Made by a program: the position numbers and the translations under genes
NCBI GenBank assembly: GCA_023485545.1
Contig: JAMCZI010000005.1
Span: 967 to 64,966, forward strand
DNA length: 64,000 nt
From: Candidatus Marsarchaeota archaeon
GTDB taxonomy: Archaea > Micrarchaeota > Micrarchaeia > Micrarchaeales > Micrarchaeaceae
Direction of reading: 5' to 3'
In this document: positions 26,523 through 35,140 of the stretch, one piece after another
Layout of the letters: every line of letters starts with the position of its first letter
Numbering within the stretch: the stretch's first letter is position 1
Notes under the pieces: generated by a model
What the model was told of the DNA's origin: nothing
Seen by the model: only the letters and a program-made list of their open reading frames with translations
The model's database searches: none

Positions 26523-27176
26523 TTATATCTCCATGCTCTCCCGTATCTCTTTCAAAGTGGCCTGGTCCTTCCCGTATATGTACGGTGCAAGGTCGAGGTC
26601 CTTTGGGCTCTTGGAAAGCTTCTTCTGGTAAACTATGTGTAGCTGCTTTCCGAGCTCCTCATCGTATCTTTCCCACTTTATCCCTACTGATTCGACATAC
26701 TCCTTTTCTATCCCTGTCGCGGTTTCGTGGGCGTATGGGTACTCGTAAGCATCATCAGAAAGCCATTTCTCCGGAAGTTCGTGGTGTTTTCCGACGCTCT
26801 CCAGTATGCTTATCTTCTTGCCGTCTATCTCCATCTCCTTGGGGAGATCTCTGGCGATGTATATCGTTTTCCCATCCCTTGAATATCCTCCGTTGTATTT
26901 TATGTCGTAATCGACATTTATCTTTACTGAGTTGCTGTCCTGCCTCTTAACTACCTCCCCAATTTGCTCATCTCCTAGAAAAACCTTGCTGCCGCCGTTA
27001 ACCCCTATCTTCTGCCCAACCGGAACGTCCTTCTTAGAAAGCACAGTGATATACGTGGGCGAGATGTAGTTTATCCCTTTTATAACGAAAAGTTTTTTCT
27101 CCTCATCGGGGTCGTTTTTATGCTCAATGACGCTGAATTCTTCCATCCAATCTACATTCATGGGATTGAAACACAA
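26523..27176 (-). CDS. Hypothetical protein
   Basis: 217-aa ORF with ordinary amino-acid composition, tightly packed after the HIT gene. No motif recognised. Confidence 0.45.
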   Translation of the reverse strand: MCFNPMNVDWMEEFSVIEHKNDPDEEKKLFVIKGINYISPTYITVLSKKDVPVGQKIGVNGGSKVFLGDEQIGEVVKRQDSNSVKINVDYDIKYNGGYSRDGKTIYIARDLPKEMEIDGKKISILESVGKHHELPEKWLSDDAYEYPYAHETATGIEKEYVESVGIKWERYDEELGKQLHIVYQKKLSKSPKDLDLAPYIYGKDQATLKEIRESMEI

Positions 27177-27203
27177 TATATTTAACGGTTTTCGGATGTC
27201 ATG

Positions 27204-29285
27204 TCACTGGAAGGCCCCGTTTGTTGGGCCTGTCCCGACATCAGTATACGTGTTCAGTACCGTGTAGTTCAGCGCAGATATCATCACGACCTCGTTGGCC
27301 TTCTGGTTTGGCAGGTAAAGGAACGCCCCGTTTGGCGAAATTATTATGCCTGTTGGATCCGGCCCTCCCGGTGCAGAAGCAACAATACTGTCTGATTGCA
27401 GGTCAAGAATGTTGACCCTGTTGCTGCCGCTTCCTACGAGATATATGTACCTGTTGTTAGGCTCAGCCGTAGCGCCTATCGGGCCAAAGCTGGAGGAGAG
27501 GTTGCCTATCACGTATTTGTCAACTATCTTGTTGTAAGTGGTGTTTATGACGGACAAGTAGTCCGGTGCCGTGAATGCGTAAAGGTTCGACATGTTAGGC
27601 GACATCAGAAGCACGGGTGAACTCGATCCCGAAAGCCCCATATCCTGTACTATCGTGTTTGTCGAGGTCGAAAGTATCGCTATTTCGGCGCTGCTGGTAG
27701 CCTGCGGGCCCTGCGTCCCAGCTATATAAACATACTTGCCCCTCGGGCCAACCGCCATCTGGTTATTCACGTTTATCACAGGGAAGTAAGGCAGGCCGGA
27801 AGTGCTCAGCTGCGTTATCGCTCCCGTAGACATGTCGGTCACTATGAGCCCATACCCTCCGAACTGTGTTATCGTCGGCGAATAAGCGTATTTGTAATTA
27901 TCTATGAAACCCTCGCCAAGCGGGTCCTCCCCTGGAAGCGTGACGTTAGAGCTGTGCGTCCCTACTATCACCGATATATTTGCATTGTTGAGCGATGCAT
28001 ACCCTATGCTGTTGTTGAAGAAAAGCATGGTGGCTACCGATCCTGCAGCCACCTGTATCACATTTGTAGAAGTATTGAGCTTCATTATCTCCCCGTCGCT
28101 GGTGAACGGGAAGAGCTCGCCGTTGTTCAACACGTCCGATATGTAAAGGTTGCCGACTGGGAGGTACCTGGCCTTATAATATGCGCGTATCGTAGTATTG
28201 CTGCATGTCGCGAAGTTTCCCGATGCAGCGTCGTATGCCACTCCGCATGAAGTTATATTCTGGAACGCGAAATCCAGGCCTGTAATGTTTGAGGGTATTA
28301 GCTGCACCGCAGAATAGTTTTGGGTGCTTCCATTGACCCATTCGAAAAGAGTTGAAAACAGCCCTGATTCATTGTACTCCTTTCCGTCAATCTGTATCAT
28401 ATCACCAACCAGTCCCCCCACACTTCCAGTTTTGGAGATGAATGTGGGCACTACAATGTAGTTCTGCACTTTGCTGAACCTTATGCTGGTGCTGGCGTTG
28501 ACATCTGAATAGCTTGCCGTTACATTGAAAGTTCCCGGCACTTTGCTGTAAGCATAGTCGGTTGCATATCCATTACTTACGGTTATTGCAGAAGGGTACC
28601 CCAGCTTCGCCCCTGTGCCGTTTATAGTGAAATACACGTTTGCCCCTCTTATTCTGGTGCCGTATACTGACACGCTTGCGCTCAGGCCGTCATGAGTGCC
28701 GTTGTCCGCGACGACTGGCTTTGACGCCATTATGGATACCGAGATGTTATCGCTTTTGAACTTCTGCACTACTGTATCCAATATGGCGGGATAATACTCT
28801 ACGGTTGCGTTCGTGCAGTTCCCCCCTGAAACGTACGCTGCGCTCGTGCCGCAGTATCCTGCAAGAAGGTAGACGTTTGCCTGAAGCCTCTGCCCGACTG
28901 CCAGGCTCTCCTTCTTTGGGAGCGTTACCGTGCATATGAAAGAGCCGCCGGTAGGGATGTATCCGTATGTGCACGTGTTGGATGTGTAATTCGTGTTTTT
29001 AAGGTCAACAAGCACGCGCGGCTGGTAGATCGGATATTGCTGCAGATTTCCTATCACGAATGCTATGGTCGTGCTCCCATTAGCAGTACCCGCCATGAAA
29101 TCCTTGCACGAGACGGATGCCTGGAATGAGCAATAGTTTGGAACAATTGTGTTGGGCAGTACAGTAAAGAAGTAAAACAGCCCAAGCACTATAGTAATTA
29201 TGAGAAGAGCCCAGGTATAAGTGGAAAGATATTCAAATCCTGACTGCGCTTTAATGGCTGTGCTCGCCAATGTCATCCACCCCAA
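27204..29285 (-). CDS. Class III signal peptide (archaeal prepilin-like) protein with C-terminal YVTN-type beta-propeller repeats
   Basis: N-terminus MGWMTLASTAIKA/QSGFEYLSTYTWALLIITIVLGLFYFF has a K-A/Q cleavage context, Glu at +5 and a hydrophobic helix. The C-terminus has repeats such as NRYIYLVGSGSNRVNILD and NGAFLYLPNQKANEVVMIS. Confidence 0.7.
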   Translation of the reverse strand: MGWMTLASTAIKAQSGFEYLSTYTWALLIITIVLGLFYFFTVLPNTIVPNYCSFQASVSCKDFMAGTANGSTTIAFVIGNLQQYPIYQPRVLVDLKNTNYTSNTCTYGYIPTGGSFICTVTLPKKESLAVGQRLQANVYLLAGYCGTSAAYVSGGNCTNATVEYYPAILDTVVQKFKSDNISVSIMASKPVVADNGTHDGLSASVSVYGTRIRGANVYFTINGTGAKLGYPSAITVSNGYATDYAYSKVPGTFNVTASYSDVNASTSIRFSKVQNYIVVPTFISKTGSVGGLVGDMIQIDGKEYNESGLFSTLFEWVNGSTQNYSAVQLIPSNITGLDFAFQNITSCGVAYDAASGNFATCSNTTIRAYYKARYLPVGNLYISDVLNNGELFPFTSDGEIMKLNTSTNVIQVAAGSVATMLFFNNSIGYASLNNANISVIVGTHSSNVTLPGEDPLGEGFIDNYKYAYSPTITQFGGYGLIVTDMSTGAITQLSTSGLPYFPVINVNNQMAVGPRGKYVYIAGTQGPQATSSAEIAILSTSTNTIVQDMGLSGSSSPVLLMSPNMSNLYAFTAPDYLSVINTTYNKIVDKYVIGNLSSSFGPIGATAEPNNRYIYLVGSGSNRVNILDLQSDSIVASAPGGPDPTGIIISPNGAFLYLPNQKANEVVMISALNYTVLNTYTDVGTGPTNGAFQ

Positions 29286-29309
29286 TTGATATAGCGCCTT
29301 CCAAGATAT

Positions 29310-29891
29310 TTAAGCCTTGGCTGGGCCATTCCACAACTGCCTAAAGTGCTTCTCGAGTTCAGCAATCCTGTCGCCTTCCTTTATTACTTCAATGTGCTCA
29401 ATGTTTTTATGCATGCCGCTGTACGTGAGGTTTGCGCTGCCCACGACGGCAACTCCATCCCCGATGTATACCTTTTCGTGTATCAGCTTGCCCTCCATGA
29501 GCTTGACCCGCCCGGCAGGCTTCGCAGCCTCTGCCTTTATTGCCTGGTATATAAATATAACGAAGAGGATGGTGAAAGCCAGCACGTACAGCCCCAGCCC
29601 GTATATGTATGAAAGCACGACAAGCAGCACCATAACCAAGGATACGCCGAAGAGAGAGTGGCTTCTTCCTGGGTTGCGTTTGCTCAGCGCCAGTACTCCC
29701 TCTGCGTTTTCCTTGACGTTCATAGTTATTATGCGGACATCCCTGTCGCTCCTGGAGTTTCTGAGCATCTCGCCATAGTGCTTGCCTATGTACGGGCTTA
29801 TTATCCAGACTCTCCTGCTGCCCTGTATGAGCGGGTCCACGTACCTGTAGGATTCGCTTCCGCTGTAAGACACAGTTTCCTCTTCTGGCAT
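29310..29891 (-). CDS. Phospholipase D/nuclease-superfamily (single HKD motif) protein with internal two-TM insertion
   Basis: HKD motif IHEKVYIGDGVAVVGSANLT near the C-terminus. Hydrophobic segment FGVSLVMVLLVVLSYIYGLGLYVLAFTILFVIFIY lies in the middle. Confidence 0.65.
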   Translation of the reverse strand: MPEEETVSYSGSESYRYVDPLIQGSRRVWIISPYIGKHYGEMLRNSRSDRDVRIITMNVKENAEGVLALSKRNPGRSHSLFGVSLVMVLLVVLSYIYGLGLYVLAFTILFVIFIYQAIKAEAAKPAGRVKLMEGKLIHEKVYIGDGVAVVGSANLTYSGMHKNIEHIEVIKEGDRIAELEKHFRQLWNGPAKA

Positions 29892-29958
29892 CTGATCGGC
29901 TTATTATCCGCTTTAACAAATAAGAATATTACCGGCAAAACGCCACAGCATGGCAGAA

Positions 29959-30180
29959 TCAGGCCTGTACGCTCTTTGCGTGTGCTACGTAAGCCCTCTT
30001 GTTCTTGTACGCCTTCCTCTTCGGCATTGAGCTCCAGCAGTCCTTGCAGATTATGAGCCTTCGCACCTTCGAAGCGCGCTGCGAGCTCTTCATGCAGCTG
30101 TTGCATATCTTTCTGCCGCAGTAGTCGCACTTCTCGTACTTGAAAATCTCACGCTTGCATCTTTCGCATGTAATAGTCAT
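29959..30180 (-). CDS. Small double zinc-ribbon protein
   Basis: 73 aa with four CxxC pairs (CERC, CDYC, CNSC, CKDC) and a basic tail. Confidence 0.55.
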   Translation of the reverse strand: MTITCERCKREIFKYEKCDYCGRKICNSCMKSSQRASKVRRLIICKDCWSSMPKRKAYKNKRAYVAHAKSVQA

Positions 30181-30267
30181 AAATGCACCATCCGGAAAAC
30201 CAGAGAACCAGCGAAATCGTTAAAGCTTTAAACTGCCTCTGGTAAACATTCCAGCAGATAGATTATC

Positions 30268-31536
30268 ATGAAAGCATATATAAAAACATATGGCTGCACC
30301 CTTAACCAGGCAGATGGCGACATGATAAGCGCAGTTCTCTCTGCCGGAGGAATATCAGCTGCCGCAAGCGAAGACGATGCGGACATAGTGGTTCTCAACA
30401 CCTGCACCGTAAAGGAGCAGACGCAGACCAGGATAGTGCAGAAGATGCGCGATCTTGACCGTACAAAGAAGCCCATGCTCATAACAGGATGCATGGCAGG
30501 GGCGAACCAGGACATCATACGAAAGCATGCGCCTTCCGCCTCGATAGTGTCAGTACACAACATGTCGCGCATTGCAGAAGCCGCATTGTCAGCTGTCGAT
30601 CGCAAGCCCGTCGAGTACACTAAAAAGCACAGAAGCAACAGGCTCGATATGTTCTCCCCAACTAACGGAGTTGTGGCGCGCATACCAATAAACGATGGAT
30701 GCCTAAGCAGCTGCAGCTTCTGCGAAACGAGGTACGCACGCGGCAGCCTTAACAGTTTTGCAGATAACGTGATACTTAAGGCAGTCGAATCTAGCGTGCG
30801 CCGCGGCGCAAAGGAAATAGATATAACGTCACAGGATACGGGCGCTTACGGCCGGGACAGGGGCACAGGCATAGTCGAGCTAATGCAGCAAATGGCTTCA
30901 ATCGAAGGCGATTTCAAGGTGCGAATCGGAATGATGAATCCTGAGCACCTAAAGGATTCGATAGAAGGTTTTGCAGATGCGCTGTGCCTAGACAAATTCT
31001 ACAGATTCGCACACATCCCCATACAGAGCGGCAGCGACAAAATCCTGGAAGCGATGGGGCGCTCGAAGTGCACAGTTGAAGAGTTTGAAGAATATGTATC
31101 CTGCCTAAGGAAGAGGGTCCCTGGCATAACCATAGAGACAGACGTAATAGTCGGCTTCCCCGGCGAATCCGATGCGGATTTTGAGATGACAATAAATATG
31201 CTCAAAATGGTAAAGCCTGATGTTACAAACATATCAAGGTTCACAAAGAGGCCTCACGCACGCGCGTCAAGGATGCCGCAGGTCGCTACTGCTATAATAA
31301 ATGAGCGCAGTTCGTATGCCACAAAAACTGTGCGCGCTATACAGTCAGAGATCAATTCGCATTTTGTTGGGAAGCGCATGCGAGTATTGATAACTGAGCC
31401 CGGCGTATCTCCGGTAGGGCGCGACCCGTGCTATAGACATGCTGTTGTCACTGCTCGGGGCCTTGATTTAGGCGCTACAATCGAAGCGAGGGTGTATTCC
31501 TCATCTGCGTACAGCATCATATGCGCCCCAGAATAG
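30268..31536 (+). CDS. Radical-SAM methylthiotransferase, archaeal MtaB/CDKAL1-like (ms2t6A tRNA modification)
   Basis: N-terminal MTTase domain YIKTYGCTLNQADGD, radical SAM cluster motif CLSSCSFCETRY, and a C-terminal TRAM-like domain. Confidence 0.8.
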   Translation: MKAYIKTYGCTLNQADGDMISAVLSAGGISAAASEDDADIVVLNTCTVKEQTQTRIVQKMRDLDRTKKPMLITGCMAGANQDIIRKHAPSASIVSVHNMSRIAEAALSAVDRKPVEYTKKHRSNRLDMFSPTNGVVARIPINDGCLSSCSFCETRYARGSLNSFADNVILKAVESSVRRGAKEIDITSQDTGAYGRDRGTGIVELMQQMASIEGDFKVRIGMMNPEHLKDSIEGFADALCLDKFYRFAHIPIQSGSDKILEAMGRSKCTVEEFEEYVSCLRKRVPGITIETDVIVGFPGESDADFEMTINMLKMVKPDVTNISRFTKRPHARASRMPQVATAIINERSSYATKTVRAIQSEINSHFVGKRMRVLITEPGVSPVGRDPCYRHAVVTARGLDLGATIEARVYSSSAYSIICAPE

Positions 31537-31607
31537 ATTGCATCAGGATACGCTTAGCCTCTCAGTTATATTTTTATAGCTGGGATAAATGTATGAAAGG
31601 TGATTGA

Positions 31608-32810
31608 ATGGCTGACGCAATGGCTTTGATAGACTCATATGCAAACCAAGTGGTTGATACATCAAAGAAAATGATACCTATAAAGGCGATTTCGCCGGAA
31701 AGCGGCGGAAGCGGCGAATCAGCAAGGGCAGACTTTCTCCAGTCCCTCATAGAAAGCTTCGGTGTTGCGGTAAAGCGCTACTCCTACAAGGACGAGAGCG
31801 GAACCGAGAGGCCCAACCTTGTCGCCATGTACGGCAATTCCCCGAGAACCGTATGGGTTATTGCTCATATGGATACCGTCAGCGAGGGGGATCGCAGTCT
31901 TTGGGAATACGAGCCCTTCGAGGCTACTGTAGATGGAGACAGAATATACGGCAGAGGCATAAATGACGACGGTCAGGACGTGATTGCCGGGATATATGCG
32001 CTAAAAGCGCTAAAGGAGAGCGGCGCCAATCTGGCATACTCTTACGGCCTCGCCATAGTGGCAGATGAGGAGCTTGGCAGCAAATACGGGATACAGAAGC
32101 TGATAGCTGAGGGTATATTCAAGAAGGACGACCTTATAATCGTGCCTGATGGCGGTACGGCATCAGGGGACGAGATAGAAGTCGCAGAAAAGGGAATACT
32201 CTGGCTAAAAATATCCGTGAAAGGGAAGCAGGTTCATGCCAGCACTCCAGACAAGGGCGTAAACGCCTACCGCATGGCGATAAGGTTCCTTGCTGAAGCG
32301 GATAGCGCGCTGCATTCCAAATTCACGTCTTCAAACAAGCTGTTCGAGCCAAGTGCTTCGACGTTCGAGATGACTAAGCACGAGAAGAATACGGACAGCG
32401 TCAACATAATACCAGGGTTGGAAGTCAGCTACATGGACTGCAGAGTCCTTCCAGAATACAAGCTTGACGACGTAATCTCCACCGTATCTGAACTCACGAA
32501 AAGGCCCGAATTTTCCGCAGCGGGCATATCCGTCGAGGTATTCAACAGGGAGGATGCTGCACCGCCCACTTCAGCAGATTCGGAGATTGCGGAACTGCTC
32601 AAGCACAGCGTAGAAAGAGTTCTAAGCTGCAATCCGAAGATTGTTGGGGTTGGAGGAGGGACGTGCGCCGCATACTTCAGGCAGAAGGGCATGAATGCCG
32701 TGGTGTGGAGCAAGAAGCCGGATACTGAGCACAGGCCTAATGAGTACGCGCTTGTATCAGACATGCTCGTCGATGCAAAGGTTTTCGCCGACATGTGCTT
32801 GCAGAGGTAA
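31608..32810 (+). CDS. M20 family metallopeptidase (ArgE/DapE/ACY1-like)
   Basis: VIAHMDTV, GINDDGQD and VADEELGS metal-ligand contexts; 400 aa. Confidence 0.75.
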   Translation: MADAMALIDSYANQVVDTSKKMIPIKAISPESGGSGESARADFLQSLIESFGVAVKRYSYKDESGTERPNLVAMYGNSPRTVWVIAHMDTVSEGDRSLWEYEPFEATVDGDRIYGRGINDDGQDVIAGIYALKALKESGANLAYSYGLAIVADEELGSKYGIQKLIAEGIFKKDDLIIVPDGGTASGDEIEVAEKGILWLKISVKGKQVHASTPDKGVNAYRMAIRFLAEADSALHSKFTSSNKLFEPSASTFEMTKHEKNTDSVNIIPGLEVSYMDCRVLPEYKLDDVISTVSELTKRPEFSAAGISVEVFNREDAAPPTSADSEIAELLKHSVERVLSCNPKIVGVGGGTCAAYFRQKGMNAVVWSKKPDTEHRPNEYALVSDMLVDAKVFADMCLQR

Positions 32811-32815
32811 AACTG

Positions 32816-34066
32816 ATGGGCCACTCCAATCATCCCAGCTGGATGTACACAATAGTTCCGATAAACGTGATAAGCAGCGGCCTAAGCGTGCTTATACCCC
32901 TTTACATACTTTCGCTGCATGGCGACGTTTTTGATGTGGGAATTGCTGTAGCTCTGTACAACCTGGTTGTAATTCCGTCCTCGCTCATCTGGGGCAAGCT
33001 CGCCGACAGGCTTAGGCGGAATCGCATATTCGTCATAGGATCGACTGCAGCGACAATACCAATACTGCTCATGCTGCTTCTGTTCAGGAGCATAGCTTTC
33101 GCATATCTCGGTTATGCAATATACGCGATAGCAGCTGCCGCATCCGCTCCTGCAATAAACATAATGGTGATGGGGACACGGCGTTCTAGGAAGATGCCGC
33201 AGACGTACAGCAGGTACGGCACATTCACATTGGTCGGGTCCTTGATAGCATACGCCATAGGCGCATTTCTTGACGGAAGCGGGCTTGCATACTATCTCGT
33301 AGCGCTGATAGCATTCAACATTGCAGCTCTAGTAATGTCAATAACGCTAATACACGAACGCAGGAGCAGGCAGTATGCGAAGAATGACCTGAAGTACGTG
33401 AGCAACGCAACACCTGTGCTGAACGCCCTTGCGCCGAAATCCCCCCACTCGCTGATAAGCGCCTCGTTCATGAAAAGGCTGTATTCCTCGTTCAAAACAA
33501 CTGAGAGCAACAGCATATACATATTATTCATCGCAATAGCGCTTTTTGCGCTGGGCTACAACCTGTTCAACACGTCATTCATTCCCTATCTGGAAGTTCA
33601 CGGCCTGACGTACGGCAAGATATTCATGATAAACATAGCGAACAGCCTCGGCCAGATACTGATACTTCTTCTGGTTGCGTTCAAGATAAAGATACGCAAC
33701 ATAAACAGGTACTACACGCTCTCAACAGTATATAGGAGCACAGGCTACGTGCTTTCTGCGCTGGCTATAATACTCCCGGTAAGCGCATTCTTCATAACCA
33801 ATGTTTTCGCATACCTAATAGCCGGGTTTGCTTTCGCGGCATGGAGCATATCGTCCTCCGTAATGCTCTACGAGAAGATACGCGGAGCGAAGCAGGGCTA
33901 CTACATAGGGCTTTGGACCGCCATACTTGGAGGCTCGTCGGTTGCCGGCTCGCTGATATCCGGAGCAATATCCTCTGTATACGGCTACCTTGCCACATTC
34001 ATCCTTGCGGTGATTATCACTGCGGTCTCCGGGCTGGTGTTTGAGAGCAAGATCAAGACTTCTTAG
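32816..34066 (+). CDS. Major facilitator superfamily transporter
   Basis: Track ORF 32795..34066 (GTG). ATG 32816 is preceded by GAGGT (32804..32808) and avoids overlap with the M20 gene. About 12 hydrophobic helices; loop GKLADRLRRNR between TM2 and TM3. Confidence 0.7.
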   Translation: MGHSNHPSWMYTIVPINVISSGLSVLIPLYILSLHGDVFDVGIAVALYNLVVIPSSLIWGKLADRLRRNRIFVIGSTAATIPILLMLLLFRSIAFAYLGYAIYAIAAAASAPAINIMVMGTRRSRKMPQTYSRYGTFTLVGSLIAYAIGAFLDGSGLAYYLVALIAFNIAALVMSITLIHERRSRQYAKNDLKYVSNATPVLNALAPKSPHSLISASFMKRLYSSFKTTESNSIYILFIAIALFALGYNLFNTSFIPYLEVHGLTYGKIFMINIANSLGQILILLLVAFKIKIRNINRYYTLSTVYRSTGYVLSALAIILPVSAFFITNVFAYLIAGFAFAAWSISSSVMLYEKIRGAKQGYYIGLWTAILGGSSVAGSLISGAISSVYGYLATFILAVIITAVSGLVFESKIKTS

Positions 34067-34325
34067 CTTTCCCTTCTGTTTGCATGAAGTGCATGGCATA
34101 GCTGCATGCGGGTATTACCTGGAGCCCCTTCTCTTTTGCAAGTTTTGTAGCTTCGACAGTAAGGTCGTGGGCAATTCCCTTTCCTCTCTCCTCTTCCGGG
34201 ACGAATGTCTCGTATATGGTCATGTTGCCCCCTTCTATCTTGTATAAGAGATGCGCCTCGCCATGCTCTGTTTCAACCCAGAACTTACCTTCCTTGTGCA
34301 TTATCTCCATAATGTAGCATCCCAA
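34053..34325 (-). CDS. Small GNAT-like N-acetyltransferase domain protein (YjdJ-type)
   Basis: 90 aa. VPEEERGKGIAHDL...VIPACSY is typical of the single-domain GNAT-like family. Confidence 0.6.
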   Translation of the reverse strand: MGCYIMEIMHKEGKFWVETEHGEAHLLYKIEGGNMTIYETFVPEEERGKGIAHDLTVEATKLAKEKGLQVIPACSYAMHFMQTEGKAKKS

Positions 34326-34382
34326 TAAAGCAATAAAAAGCCTTACAAAAGCCCTTAATATCTGAAAATACGCAATATCCTA

Positions 34383-34919
34383 ATGGCAAACAGCATCACA
34401 AACTTAAAAGACGCGCACGCTGCAATAGAAAGCAACGTATCAGAACTGCTTAGACTGGCAGAGTCAGACGCAAGGCCGGAGTTTGCGGAGATCAATACCG
34501 TCTTCTCAAACATATACAAAAAGCTACCGGAGTTTTCTGAAATATTCCTAAAAGAATATGGCAAAAAGGCACAGGAGCTAAAGTTGGATCCAGGACTGAA
34601 GGGCCTTTATATAGTCGGCGGAAGGGTGAAGGGCAAACCAATATCAGATGACAGCGACATAGACATATTCATGGTAGTTGAAAACCCTATGGAGTCGATT
34701 GAGTCGCTTAAGTCGATATCGGACCGCAATGGTTCTGATATGAGTACTGCTCATCAGCTTAGGCTTATTGCGATAAAATCACTGAAGGATTCAATCAGTA
34801 TAATCTGCAAAAATCTCGGGATACCAAACAAATTCGATACGCTGAGCTTCGGTTCCGCTTTTCCCAAATCCGATGTGCTCTCATCCAACAAGCACATGCT
34901 CATAGGCATCAGGGAATGA
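34383..34919 (+). CDS. Nucleotidyltransferase-domain protein (minimal NTase fold)
   Basis: GGRVKGKPISDDSDIDIFMVV, a G-x...D-x-D NTase signature. Confidence 0.6.
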   Translation: MANSITNLKDAHAAIESNVSELLRLAESDARPEFAEINTVFSNIYKKLPEFSEIFLKEYGKKAQELKLDPGLKGLYIVGGRVKGKPISDDSDIDIFMVVENPMESIESLKSISDRNGSDMSTAHQLRLIAIKSLKDSISIICKNLGIPNKFDTLSFGSAFPKSDVLSSNKHMLIGIRE

Positions 34920-35009
34920 AGGTTTGCCCAGCAAACCATCCTAAAGCATACAAGCGCTTAATACCTAATTATGGCTGCAATTAGCGAATAGTTTTAGCAC
35001 AAGTCAGAA

Positions 35010-35081
35010 TGGACTCTGCGGGATTCGCACCCGCGGCCTTTCCGTTGCGAACGGAACGCTCTACTCCTGAGCTAAGAGCCC
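35010..35081 (-). tRNA. tRNA-Ala (anticodon CGC)
   Basis: The reverse complement folds: GGGCTCT TA GCTC AGGAGTA GAGC G TTCCG TTCGCAA CGGAA AGGCC GCGGG TGCGAAT CCCGC AGAGTCC A. The G3:U70 Ala identity pair is present. The T-loop reads UGCGAAU (G at position 55). Confidence 0.85.
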
Positions 35082-35140
35082 GCATAGAGATTTAGCACCG
35101 CTAATTTATTATTTGTTGTCAAAGGCTTATCTAATAAGGT

